Shown piece after piece: positions 1-9,523 of a DNA stretch of 64,000 bases. Made by a program: the position numbers and the translations under genes. A model generated the notes under the pieces. The model worked only from the letters and a program-made list of their open reading frames with translations, had not been told where the DNA came from and searched no databases. Location: assembly GCA_963842085.1 (NCBI GenBank), contig CAWJET010000001.1, positions 1,472,001-1,536,000 of the forward strand, read 5' to 3'. Position 1 is the stretch's first letter. The number at the start of each line of letters is the position of its first letter. This stretch comes from an uncultured delta proteobacterium (GTDB lineage Bacteria; Desulfobacterota; Binatia; Binatales; Binataceae).

Positions 1-71
1 GCCGGTAATGACCAACAACTCAAGAAGAGAATACTGGTAGCGGCAAGCGCGATCCGAAGTCCTGGTTTCAT
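1..71 (-). CDS. 5' end of a secreted protein (runs off the window)
   Basis: ATG at 71 after GGAGAG; reads MKPGLRIALAATSILFLSCWSLP, signal-peptide-like. Confidence 0.55.
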   Translation of the reverse strand, partial: MKPGLRIALAATSILFLSCWSLP

Positions 72-449
72 CTCTCTCTCCTGAAGGCTAAGTAGTACGA
101 TATCAACAGTCGACGTTAGCGAAGAACAACAACAGAGTTTTCCGCTTTACCTCTCCGATTTCAACTCTCCCCGCAAACCTAACGCCCCGGTTTGGTCCAC
201 AAAGAACCGCCTCGACCGCTCTGGACGCCGACTAAGCGTCCCGGATTTTGATTTAGGCGCGGCTACCTCAGATCGCGGCCGGTGTAGCCGAGAATCGAGC
301 GCGCGATTATCAGGCGCTGGATTTCGCCGGCGCCTTCGTAGATGTCGAAGATGCGGCCGTCTCGGAAGCATCAATCCAACGGATAACCTTCCGAGAGAGC
401 CTCCGGGCCGAGCAAGTTGGATGCATCCCTGGGTAATTTTTCGCGGGAG

Positions 450-479
450 TTGACTATATAGACCACCATATAGTATCTT
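450..479 (+). promoter_or_regulatory. Putative promoter with an overlapping palindromic (TetR-type) operator
   Basis: TTGACT at 450; inverted repeat ACTATAT-N8-ATATAGT (453-474) in the divergent intergenic region upstream of a TetR-containing operon. Confidence 0.45.
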
Positions 480-517
480 TCCCAGTCGGTCGTCAAAACA
501 CCGAAGCAGGTGCACAA

Positions 518-1711
518 ATGGCTGCGAAAGAGGAACTGACCCGGTACCGTTCAGAGGTAGTAAAGTTCATCGAGAGCGAGTTGCCTGACGCACTTCGGAA
601 GGTGTCTACGATCCGCGGCGCCTTCGATGAGGAAGGACCGGAATCCGATCATTCCAATCCGTCGCTACGGAAAGCCAAAGCAAAATGGCGCGAGGCACTC
701 CGCAAGAAGGGATGGCTGGCGCCCGCGTGGCCGACAAAATACGGTGGAGGCGGTCTCGGTCCGGCGCATCAGTTCATACTTATCGACGAGTTCATCAAAC
801 ATAACGCGCCGCGATTCTTCGACATGGGCCTTGGGATGGTCGGCCCGACTATCATCTCCCACGCGACCGAAGAACAGAAAAATCGCATGCTCCCGCCCAT
901 CCTCTCCGGAGAAGACGAGTGGTGCGAACTTTTCAGCGAACCTGCGGCAGGATCAGATCTCGCCGGCTTGAAATGCCGCGCGGTGAAACACGGCGACGAA
1001 TACGTGGTCAACGGGCAGAAGATCTGGACCACGTACGCAAACCGCGCAAACTGGGGTCTGCTGATGGCGCGAACGAATCCCGATGCGCCGCGGCATCGCG
1101 GGATCAGCATGCTTCGCGTGAACATGCATGCTCCGGGAGTAACGATCCGCCGCATCCAGAATCTCACCGATCACGAGTTCAACGAGGTGTTCTTCGAGGA
1201 TGTTCGTGTGCCCGCGAACGATCTGATCGGAGAGGAGGGTCGTGGATTTTACTACCTGATGAGCCTGCTCGATACCGAGCGCTCCGCGGTTTCCCAGGTC
1301 GCGACGATTGAGCGCACCCTCGATTCGCTGTTCCAGCTCGCGCGATCTCCAAATATTCCGCGCCTTTCGAACGCTGCGCGGACAGAACTCGTGAACCGTG
1401 CGATCGAGGTCGAGGTATTGCGCGGTCTTTCCCAGGGAGTCGCCGAGTTGCAGTTCCAGGGCAAAGTCCCCGTCCATCAAGCGTCCGTTTTGAAGCTCTA
1501 TCACACGGAACTCGCACAACGTCTCGCGGCCACCGGAATGAAGATGATCGAGACGCACGGACTGTTGTTCCGGGGCGAGAAGCGAGCGCCGCTGGATGGA
1601 ATGATCTCGCAGCAATACCTGTACGCGAGCACGCTCACGCTCCAGGTCGGAACCTCGGAGATCCAACGCAACATCATCGCGACTCGCGGGCTCGGATTGC
1701 CGCGCGCGTAA
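518..1711 (+). CDS. Acyl-CoA dehydrogenase (FadE26-like subunit)
   Basis: WCELFSEPAAGSDLA, NGQKIWTT and GTSEIQRNIIA motifs. Confidence 0.92.
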   Translation: MAAKEELTRYRSEVVKFIESELPDALRKVSTIRGAFDEEGPESDHSNPSLRKAKAKWREALRKKGWLAPAWPTKYGGGGLGPAHQFILIDEFIKHNAPRFFDMGLGMVGPTIISHATEEQKNRMLPPILSGEDEWCELFSEPAAGSDLAGLKCRAVKHGDEYVVNGQKIWTTYANRANWGLLMARTNPDAPRHRGISMLRVNMHAPGVTIRRIQNLTDHEFNEVFFEDVRVPANDLIGEEGRGFYYLMSLLDTERSAVSQVATIERTLDSLFQLARSPNIPRLSNAARTELVNRAIEVEVLRGLSQGVAELQFQGKVPVHQASVLKLYHTELAQRLAATGMKMIETHGLLFRGEKRAPLDGMISQQYLYASTLTLQVGTSEIQRNIIATRGLGLPRA

Positions 1712-1775
1712 CGTTCGGAGGCTGCTGGAGCCGATCGAAGCAATATCGCACCTCGAACTTTGAAGGTCTCGAAGA

Positions 1776-2876
1776 ATGGACATAGGACTAAACGAAGAGC
1801 AGGAACTCCTGAAAAGCTCCGCACGCGCCTTCCTCGAGAAGGAATGTCCCGAGGAACATGTGCGTGCGATGGAAACAGATGAGAAGGGATACAGCCCGGA
1901 GTTGTGGCGAAAGATTGCCGAACTCGGCTGGCACGGACTGATGATTCCCGCGGAGTTCGGCGGAGCTGGATTGTCGTTTTACGATTTGTGCATCGTGGCG
2001 GAAGAGGCCGGACGATCGTTGCTGCCCGGGCCGTTCATTCCCAGCCAGGTCGCAGTTGGGCTTCTGCTGGAAGCTGGGTCTGCGGCGCAGCTGAAAACAT
2101 TTCTCCCCATGCTCGCAAACGGATCTCAGATACACACCTACGCATACACCGAGAGCACCGGCCGATGGGGTGCGGATGACTTGACATTGAAAGCGCGGCG
2201 CATCGGCTACAATATCGTGCTCGACGGGTCGAAGCTCTTCGTGCCCGATGCGCATGTGGCGGATCGTATATGGGTTCTCGCTCGAGATGAGAAAGGTTTC
2301 ATCGTGGTCGCGGTTCCTCGGACTGCAAAGGGTGTTCGGCTCGCGGCTCTCAGGACGATGACGGGACAGAAGCTCGCGGAACTCGTGCTGGAGAATGTCA
2401 GCGTGCCCAATGAAGACGTCATCGAGGTTCCCAACCTCGAGGTCTTCTCGAACCGGGCAACCGTCCTGGAGTGCGCATACCTGGTCGGTCTCGTGCAGAA
2501 GGATTTTGAGATTACGGTCGAATATGCGAAGCACCGCGAGGCGTTTGGCCGGCCGATCGGGTCATTCCAGGCGATTCAACATAAGGCGGCGGACATGGTG
2601 ACCGACGTCGATGGAATGAGATTCATCACCTACAGGGCGGCGGCTGCGATCAGCGATCGAGACCCATCTGCGAACCTGAAGGTCGCGATGGCAAAGGCGT
2701 GGTGCAGCGAGGCGAGCCGGCGCGTGGTCGCTCACGGGCAACAGATCCACGGCGCAATCGGATTCACCAAGGAGTACAGGATCCAGCTTTACTTCCGCCG
2801 TCAGAAGCACGGCGAGCTGTTCTGGGGCGATGCCGATTTTCATCGCGAACGTATCGCGCAAATGTTGAGCATCTGA
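1776..2876 (+). CDS. Acyl-CoA dehydrogenase (FadE27-like partner subunit)
   Basis: FGRPIGSFQAIQHK and QIHGAIGFT motifs; shorter partner-type ACAD. Confidence 0.9.
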   Translation: MDIGLNEEQELLKSSARAFLEKECPEEHVRAMETDEKGYSPELWRKIAELGWHGLMIPAEFGGAGLSFYDLCIVAEEAGRSLLPGPFIPSQVAVGLLLEAGSAAQLKTFLPMLANGSQIHTYAYTESTGRWGADDLTLKARRIGYNIVLDGSKLFVPDAHVADRIWVLARDEKGFIVVAVPRTAKGVRLAALRTMTGQKLAELVLENVSVPNEDVIEVPNLEVFSNRATVLECAYLVGLVQKDFEITVEYAKHREAFGRPIGSFQAIQHKAADMVTDVDGMRFITYRAAAAISDRDPSANLKVAMAKAWCSEASRRVVAHGQQIHGAIGFTKEYRIQLYFRRQKHGELFWGDADFHRERIAQMLSI

Positions 2877-2877
2877 A

Positions 2878-3546
2878 ATGCCGACCGGCCGCGAAAAATC
2901 CGACCTGAGGAAAACGCGCAGCGAGCGTTCGTCGAAGCGCTTGCTCGAAGCCGCCACCGAACTGATTGCCGACCAGGGCTACAGCGCTACGACTATCGCG
3001 CAAATCGCTCAGAAGGCCGGATATAGCCACGGTCTCGTCAGCCAGCGCTTCGGATCGAAGAGCGACCTGATTCGGATGCTCGCGACCGAATTCCAGAACT
3101 ACTTCGCGATCGACAAACTCGAGCCAGAGCTCAAGGCGAGGAGCGGACTGGATGCGCTTATCGTGATTATCGAGACCTATCTCGACGCAGTCGCGGGAAG
3201 CGGCACACTCGGCCGCGCATACTACGAGCTATTTGGCGAATCGATCGTGCTGGTGCCCGAGATCCACGAGACATTCGTGCAAGCCGATCGCAACTTCCGC
3301 GATTTGCTGAGGAAAACGATTCGAGCCGCGATCGACCTGGGCGAGATTCCCGCAGTAGTTGACGTATCCGCGGTCGCAAGCGTGGTGCTCTCGATCGCGC
3401 GTGGCACCTCGATGCAATGGCTGCTCGACGGCGCCTCGCTCGATTTGCCGGCGATCAAAGCGGAAATCCGTCGCCTCTTTGAACTCGCGTTCTCGCGTTC
3501 CGCAACCGGCGCGCCATCGGCGAAGACCTCTAACGTGAACGGATGA
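2878..3546 (+). CDS. TetR/AcrR family transcriptional regulator
   Basis: N-terminal HTH GYSATTIAQIAQKAGYSHGLVSQRFGSK. Confidence 0.92.
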   Translation: MPTGREKSDLRKTRSERSSKRLLEAATELIADQGYSATTIAQIAQKAGYSHGLVSQRFGSKSDLIRMLATEFQNYFAIDKLEPELKARSGLDALIVIIETYLDAVAGSGTLGRAYYELFGESIVLVPEIHETFVQADRNFRDLLRKTIRAAIDLGEIPAVVDVSAVASVVLSIARGTSMQWLLDGASLDLPAIKAEIRRLFELAFSRSATGAPSAKTSNVNG

Positions 3547-3562
3547 GCTGCGCAGATTTCCA

Positions 3563-4750
3563 ATGACGAACGACATCCTGAGCGGCGTGCGCGTGCTGGA
3601 CTTCACGACGATCGTGTCGGGGCCGCATTGCACGCGCCTGCTCGCGGATCTTGGCGCCGAGGTAATTAAAATTGAGCCGCCCGAGGGCGATTTCATCCGC
3701 ATGCAGCCGCCGATTCGTGCGGGCAAGAGCGCGTACTTCGCGCATCTGAATTGCGGCAAGAAGAGCCTGGCGATCGATCTGTGGCAGGCCGGGGCCATCG
3801 ATCTGGTTCAGCAACTCGCAACGAAGTCGGACGTGGTGGTCGAAAATTCGCGGCCGGGCGTGATGCAGCGGCTGGGGCTCGACTACGCGCCTCTCGCGCG
3901 GCTCAATCCGCGAATCGTGTACTGCTCGATTTCGGGGTTTGGGCAAAGCGGTCCGTGGGCGACCCGCAGCGCTTACGCGCCGATGCTGCACGCGGCCAGC
4001 GGCTACGACCTGGTCAACCTGTCTCATCAAGACGGGCTCGAGCGGCCGCTTAACACCGGCATCTACGTTGGCGACGTGCTGGGAGGGACGTACGCGTTCG
4101 GCGCGATTCAATCCGCGTTGCTCGCGCGCGAGCGCACGGGCCGCGGCGACTGCATCGATCTGTCGATGATGGACGGCGTGCTCAGCATGCTCATCTATGA
4201 GTTCCAGGAAGCGCAGTTTCCGCAGAAGAAAAGGGCCAACACGTTTCAGCCGACGCGCGCAAAGGACGGATTCGTGATGATCGCGGCGGTCAAGCCGAAT
4301 AACTTCGAGGCTTTGGCGCGCGCGGTCGGGCATACCGAATGGATGGAGGATCCGCGTTTCGCCACGGCTAAAGGCCGAGCGGCGAATTGGACGACGCTCA
4401 TGTCGATGCTGGATGAGTGGGCGTCGACGCGAACGGCAGCGGACTGTGAAGCGACGCTCAGCGAGGGCGGCGTTCCGTGCTCGCGGTATTTCGCTGTGCG
4501 CGAGGCCCTTCAGCATCAGCATCTCGAGCAGCGCGGAAGCTTCAGCGTGATCGATGACGGCGCCGGGCCGCTCAAGGTGCCGAATCCCGCGTTCAAGTTT
4601 GGCAATGCCACGGCCGCGGCGCGCGACTATGTGCCGGCACTGGGCGGCGACAATGCGGAAGTCCTTTCGACGGTGCTGGGGTATTCCGCGGATCGCGTAG
4701 CAGCGCTATACGAGAAACGGATCCTTCACGACGACAGCCGCCGCGCCTGA
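3563..4750 (+). CDS. Class III CoA-transferase (CaiB/BaiF)
   Basis: LADLGAEVIKIEPP, DVVVENSRPG and SISGFGQSGP motifs. Confidence 0.92.
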   Translation: MTNDILSGVRVLDFTTIVSGPHCTRLLADLGAEVIKIEPPEGDFIRMQPPIRAGKSAYFAHLNCGKKSLAIDLWQAGAIDLVQQLATKSDVVVENSRPGVMQRLGLDYAPLARLNPRIVYCSISGFGQSGPWATRSAYAPMLHAASGYDLVNLSHQDGLERPLNTGIYVGDVLGGTYAFGAIQSALLARERTGRGDCIDLSMMDGVLSMLIYEFQEAQFPQKKRANTFQPTRAKDGFVMIAAVKPNNFEALARAVGHTEWMEDPRFATAKGRAANWTTLMSMLDEWASTRTAADCEATLSEGGVPCSRYFAVREALQHQHLEQRGSFSVIDDGAGPLKVPNPAFKFGNATAAARDYVPALGGDNAEVLSTVLGYSADRVAALYEKRILHDDSRRA

Positions 4751-4769
4751 CGCGGGCCGGCGGGAGGAC

Positions 4770-5819
4770 ATGCAAATGGGTGAGATCCTGGCAGTTGGAA
4801 TAACTCACTATCCGCCTCTTGCCGGCAGCGACGAGACGATGTCGTGGATTTTGAAAAGGATGCTCCAAAATCCGCATCTGCCGGAGAAGTTTCGCGACGC
4901 GCAGGGCTGGCCGGAAGCAATGCGTGCGGAATGGGCCAACGACCAGGGCGTCGCCGCCGCGCGAATTCATCGCGAACGGCTGCTGCAATCGCTGCGCAAG
5001 GCGCGCGCGCAAATCGACGCGTTTCGCCCCGATTTCATCGTCGTGTGGGGCGACGACCAGTACGAAAATTTTCGCGAGGACGTAATTCCGCCATACTGCA
5101 TCTACGCGCACGAATCATTCGAGTTCGCGCCGCCCGCGCACAACGTGTGGCATGAGCCGCCCGACAAGAAATTCCGCTCGCCCGGTAACGTGGCGGCAGC
5201 CAAGTATCTGGCGGGTGGACTGATCGATGCCGGTTTTGACACCGCGTACTCGTACAAACCGCTGCATCATCCGCTCGGTCACGCGTTCGCCAACGCGGTG
5301 ATGTACCTCGATTACGATCGCAAGGGGTTTCCGTATCCGATCATTCCGTTCGCGATCAATTGTTATGGGCGGAAAGTGATCGCGCAGCGCGGCGGCCTGC
5401 CTGCGTTCGAAAATCCGCCGTCGGAAGCGCAGCTCGATCCGCCAGCGCCGACGCCGCGACGACTGTTCGATCTCGGCGGCGCAACCGCGCGCATCTTTGC
5501 GCAGAGTCCGTGGCGGGTCGCCCTGATGGCGTCGTCGGGATGGTCGCACGCGTTTCTCACGGCAAAGAATCATTTCCTGTATCCGGACACGGCCGCGGAT
5601 CGGACTCTGTTCGAAGCGTTGCGCGCCGGCAACTACGACGCGTGGCGGAATTATCCGGCGGCGTCGGTCGAAGCGAGCGGCCAGCAGGAAATCCTCAACT
5701 GGATGTGTCTCGCGGGCGTGCTCGCCGAACTCAAACGCAAGCCGGCGGAAACCGAATTCATCGATACCTGGATTTTTAATTCGTCGAAGTGTTTCCTGAC
5801 GGCGCCGCCGCCCCGCTGA
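4770..5819 (+). CDS. LigB-like (class III) extradiol ring-cleavage dioxygenase
   Basis: N-terminal THYP, PDFIVVWGDDQYENF, LGHAF and ASSGWSH metal-binding pattern. Confidence 0.75.
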   Translation: MQMGEILAVGITHYPPLAGSDETMSWILKRMLQNPHLPEKFRDAQGWPEAMRAEWANDQGVAAARIHRERLLQSLRKARAQIDAFRPDFIVVWGDDQYENFREDVIPPYCIYAHESFEFAPPAHNVWHEPPDKKFRSPGNVAAAKYLAGGLIDAGFDTAYSYKPLHHPLGHAFANAVMYLDYDRKGFPYPIIPFAINCYGRKVIAQRGGLPAFENPPSEAQLDPPAPTPRRLFDLGGATARIFAQSPWRVALMASSGWSHAFLTAKNHFLYPDTAADRTLFEALRAGNYDAWRNYPAASVEASGQQEILNWMCLAGVLAELKRKPAETEFIDTWIFNSSKCFLTAPPPR

Positions 5820-5824
5820 ATCAG

Positions 5825-6643
5825 ATGAAGCTGAGTGGAAAAGTGGCGCTGGTCACCGGGACCAGCCCGAATATCGGCGGCGGCATCGCGGAGGGTCTCG
5901 CGGCCGAGGGTGCCGCACTCGTATGCGTCGACGCACGAGCCGAAAACGCCGCAGACTGCGCGCGCTACATCAAGAGCACGGGCGGCCGCGCCACGGCGGT
6001 GACTTGCGACGTCACCGACGAGCGCCAGGTGATCGCGGCGGTCGCGGCGGCGCGCGAGACGTTCGGTGGCGTCGACATCCTGGTGAACAACGCTGCCATC
6101 TTCAACAAGAAGGGCGTGATCGACATGCCGCTCGACGAATGGCGCCGACAGCTCGAGATCATTCTTGGCGGCGCGTTCCTGTTCACCAAGCATGTTGCGA
6201 GGTCAATGATCGAACAGCGCCGAAAAGGGAGCATCATAAATATCATCTCGACCGCGGGACATCAGGGCGAGCCGAACAACATCGCGTACTGCACCGGCAA
6301 GAGCGGTCTGCTGAACTTCACGCGCTCGGCCGCGATGGAACTGGCCGCGCACGGCATCCGGGTCAACAGCCTGACGCCGACAGCGACCGATCCGTCAGAG
6401 TCGCTCGAGCGCGCCGCGCGATGGGGCCGCCAGGTCCGCAGTGGAGATCAACTCAGGCAGGCGTTCGAGCCGTTTCGCAAAGGCGTGCCGATGCTCGAGC
6501 TGCCGAGTCCGAGCGACTACGGACGGGCTGCGGTATTTCTTGCGTCGGACGACGCCGGGATGATCACTGGGACTGATCTTCGCGTCGACGCCGGCGCGAT
6601 CGCGCGTTATTGGGCGTGGAATCCGTCGGACAAGCAGAGCTGA
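5825..6643 (+). CDS. SDR oxidoreductase (possible dihydrodiol dehydrogenase)
   Basis: TGxxxxIG, NNAA and YxxxK (YCTGK) motifs. Confidence 0.9.
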   Translation: MKLSGKVALVTGTSPNIGGGIAEGLAAEGAALVCVDARAENAADCARYIKSTGGRATAVTCDVTDERQVIAAVAAARETFGGVDILVNNAAIFNKKGVIDMPLDEWRRQLEIILGGAFLFTKHVARSMIEQRRKGSIINIISTAGHQGEPNNIAYCTGKSGLLNFTRSAAMELAAHGIRVNSLTPTATDPSESLERAARWGRQVRSGDQLRQAFEPFRKGVPMLELPSPSDYGRAAVFLASDDAGMITGTDLRVDAGAIARYWAWNPSDKQS

Positions 6644-6673
6644 CCGATCGCGACAAGGTACAGGAGCACCATC

Positions 6674-7966
6674 ATGGATAAATCAGCCGAGAGCTTCATC
6701 ATAGATGATCAGGACGCGGGACTGTTTCGGGTAAATCGGCGGGCGTTCACCGATCCCGAATGTCTCGCGGAGGAGCGGCGCCGGGTCTTCGACAAGTGCT
6801 GGATCTACGTCGGTCACGAATCCGAGGTTTCGCACGCGGGCGACTATCGCTCGCGCAACGTCGCGGGCCGGCCAATGATCCTGGTCCGCGGCGACGACAG
6901 CGTCGTGCGCGTGCTCCTGAATACGTGTACCCATCGCGGCTCGCTGGTATGCCGCCAGAAATCCGGCAACACCAGAACCTTCCAGTGCCCTTACCACGCA
7001 TGGACCTATAACTCGCGTGGCCAGCTGGTCGGGGTGCCGGGCGAGGACTCCTATAGTGAAGCGTTCAAGCGCGACGACCTGGGTCTGGTCGCCCCGCCTC
7101 AGGTGGATAGCTATCGCGGGTTCATTTTCATCTGTTTCGATCCCGCGGCGGATAGCCTCTATGACTACCTGGCGGGCTCGCGCGAGTACCTGGATCTCGT
7201 CGCTGATCAGTCTGAGCTGGGAATGAAGATCGTCGCGGGGCAGCAGTCCTATAGTGCGCGCGCCAACTGGAAGCTGCTGGTCGAGAACAGCTACGACGGC
7301 TATCACGGCCTGCCGACGCATCAGCGCTATTTCAGCTTTCTAAGTGACATAGGTGTCGACATGAAAGGCCGCGATGTCGCGTCTCCGTCCTATCAGAAGG
7401 CGCTCGATCTCGGTAACGGTCATGCAGTGGTGGAGTACCAGAGCGCGTGGGGACGTCCGATCGCGCACTGGGTCGCGCCCTTCGGCGAGCATCGCAAGGC
7501 GCACTTCGAGGAAGTGCGGCGCCGCTTCGACGAGCGCTTCGGTCCGGAGCGGGCGCGGCGCATCTGCGAGACCAGCCGCAACCTCGGGATTTTTCCGAAT
7601 CTCGTGATCAACGACATCATGGCGATCACGGTCCGCACCTTTCACCCGGTATCGCCCGACTACATGGAGGTGAATGCGTGGGCCTTGGCGCCGGCGGACG
7701 AAAGCGCGGAGGACTCTGCGCTGCGCCTCGACAACTTTCTGACGTTTCTCGGGCCGGGAGGATTCGCCACGCCGGACGACATCGAGATGCTGGAGTCGTG
7801 TCAGCGCGGCTTTGCCAATCGCGAGGTCGGCTGGTCCGACATATCGCGCGGGATGAAACGTGAGCATCCGTCGATCACCGATGAACTGCAGATGCGCACG
7901 TTCTGGCGTCGATGGAATCAGCTGATGACGGAACCTCAGCTGAAGCGCGCCAGGAAAGCAGCATGA
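6674..7966 (+). CDS. Rieske aromatic ring-hydroxylating oxygenase, alpha subunit
   Basis: CTH..CPYH Rieske motif; DGYHxxxxH and ATPDD mononuclear Fe ligands. Confidence 0.95.
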   Translation: MDKSAESFIIDDQDAGLFRVNRRAFTDPECLAEERRRVFDKCWIYVGHESEVSHAGDYRSRNVAGRPMILVRGDDSVVRVLLNTCTHRGSLVCRQKSGNTRTFQCPYHAWTYNSRGQLVGVPGEDSYSEAFKRDDLGLVAPPQVDSYRGFIFICFDPAADSLYDYLAGSREYLDLVADQSELGMKIVAGQQSYSARANWKLLVENSYDGYHGLPTHQRYFSFLSDIGVDMKGRDVASPSYQKALDLGNGHAVVEYQSAWGRPIAHWVAPFGEHRKAHFEEVRRRFDERFGPERARRICETSRNLGIFPNLVINDIMAITVRTFHPVSPDYMEVNAWALAPADESAEDSALRLDNFLTFLGPGGFATPDDIEMLESCQRGFANREVGWSDISRGMKREHPSITDELQMRTFWRRWNQLMTEPQLKRARKAA

Positions 7967-8454
7967 GTAGCGCGGAACTGCCCAGCCGCCAGGAAGTCGA
8001 GGACCTTCTATACAAGGAGGCCGCGCTGCTCGATGAATGGCGGCTCGACGAGTGGCTAGGTCTTCTCACTGAAGACGCGACCTACGAGGTTCCGCCGACT
8101 GACGTTCCTGAAGGAGACTCGCGAAATACGCTGTTCATTATTGCGGATGATGTGCTGCGCATCAGATCGCGCGTGAAGCAGTTGCTCGGCAAGGCGGCGT
8201 GGTCGGAAAATCCAAGGTCGCGCACCCGGCGGATGATAGCCAACGTGCGCGTCGTGGGAGCCGACGGCGATAACATTCTCGTCACCGCTAACTTTGCCGT
8301 GTATCGGATGCGTTATGAGTCGGTTGATACCTACATAGGACATTACGACTACAAGCTGGTTCGCCTGGCGAAGGATCTCAGAATCCGCGAGCGAAGAGCT
8401 ATCCTCGATAACGAGGCGCTGCGCCCGCACGGCAAAATCAGCTTCATCCTGTAG
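7963..8454 (+). CDS. Ring-hydroxylating oxygenase, beta subunit
   Basis: EAALLDEWRLDEW and ENPRSRTRR motifs; ATGA overlap with the alpha subunit. Confidence 0.93.
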   Translation: MSSAELPSRQEVEDLLYKEAALLDEWRLDEWLGLLTEDATYEVPPTDVPEGDSRNTLFIIADDVLRIRSRVKQLLGKAAWSENPRSRTRRMIANVRVVGADGDNILVTANFAVYRMRYESVDTYIGHYDYKLVRLAKDLRIRERRAILDNEALRPHGKISFIL

Positions 8455-8487
8455 CGCAGCCGGCTTAAGATCACGTCGGAGAACGCG

Positions 8488-9471
8488 ATGGACGTCATCG
8501 ACATGCACAACCACTTCATCGCGCCCGAGATCGTCGATTTTCTGGCGCGCGAAGGCAAGCACTTCGCGACGAGGATCGTCGAGCGCGACGGGCGCCGATT
8601 TTTCCTGATCCAGGAAAAGGCGATGCGGCCGATCGACGGGCCGATTACCGACACGCGCAAACGCCTCGCGGACATGGACCGCGAAGGGATCACGGCGCAG
8701 GCCTTGTCGTGCGTTCCTTTTCTGATGTACCCGGAGGTCGATGCCGCTGTCGGACTTGCAATTGCGCAAGTCAACAACGACGCGATGGCCGCTCTGGGAG
8801 CGGCCGATCCCGCTCACTTCGCGCCGTTGGCTTCCGTCCCGATGCAGGATCCCGCTGCTGCCGCAAGGGAACTGGAACGCGCCGCGAAGCTTGGGCTTCG
8901 TGGAGCCGAGATTCCGCCGAAAGTCGCTGACCGCCAGCTCGACGAGCCGGATTTCGAAGTTTTCTGGGCGGCGGCTGAGGCGCTGCGGATGGTGATTTGC
9001 ATCCATCCGTTTGAAGCCGCGCCGGCCGGAGCGCTTGCCAGATATTTTCTCGGCAACCTGGTCGGCAATCTTTACGACACCGGCCTGGCCGCCGCGCTAT
9101 TGATTTACGGTGGCGTGCTCGAACGCCATCCGCATCTGCGAGTCGTTCTCTATCACGCCGGCGGCGCGCTGCCTGCGTTGGTGGGACGCCTCGACATGGG
9201 CTACCGGCTCGTGCCCGAGTGCCGCGGCGCAATTCCGCGGCCACCGTCGAGCTACGCAAATCAATTCTACTTCGATATAATCGCGCACAGTCGCGTCATG
9301 CTGCGCCATCTCGTGAATACCTACGGTGCGGATAGATTCGTGCTCGGAAGTGACTATCCGTTGCCGGCCGGCCTGGTCCATCCGGTGGACGAAGTCAAAG
9401 CGCTCAGCCTCGGCCTCGACGACGAGAGCAAAATACTTGGGGCAACCGCGCGCCGCCTGCTGCGGCTATGA
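8488..9471 (+). CDS. Amidohydrolase_2 family (ACMSD/LigW-like decarboxylase or hydratase)
   Basis: DMHNH, IHP, HAGG and GSDYP motifs. Confidence 0.88.
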   Translation: MDVIDMHNHFIAPEIVDFLAREGKHFATRIVERDGRRFFLIQEKAMRPIDGPITDTRKRLADMDREGITAQALSCVPFLMYPEVDAAVGLAIAQVNNDAMAALGAADPAHFAPLASVPMQDPAAAARELERAAKLGLRGAEIPPKVADRQLDEPDFEVFWAAAEALRMVICIHPFEAAPAGALARYFLGNLVGNLYDTGLAAALLIYGGVLERHPHLRVVLYHAGGALPALVGRLDMGYRLVPECRGAIPRPPSSYANQFYFDIIAHSRVMLRHLVNTYGADRFVLGSDYPLPAGLVHPVDEVKALSLGLDDESKILGATARRLLRL

Positions 9472-9523
9472 CGATTATGCCGCCAGGACTTGGCTAGCAC
9501 ACAGATTTGGAGGTGACTGACTA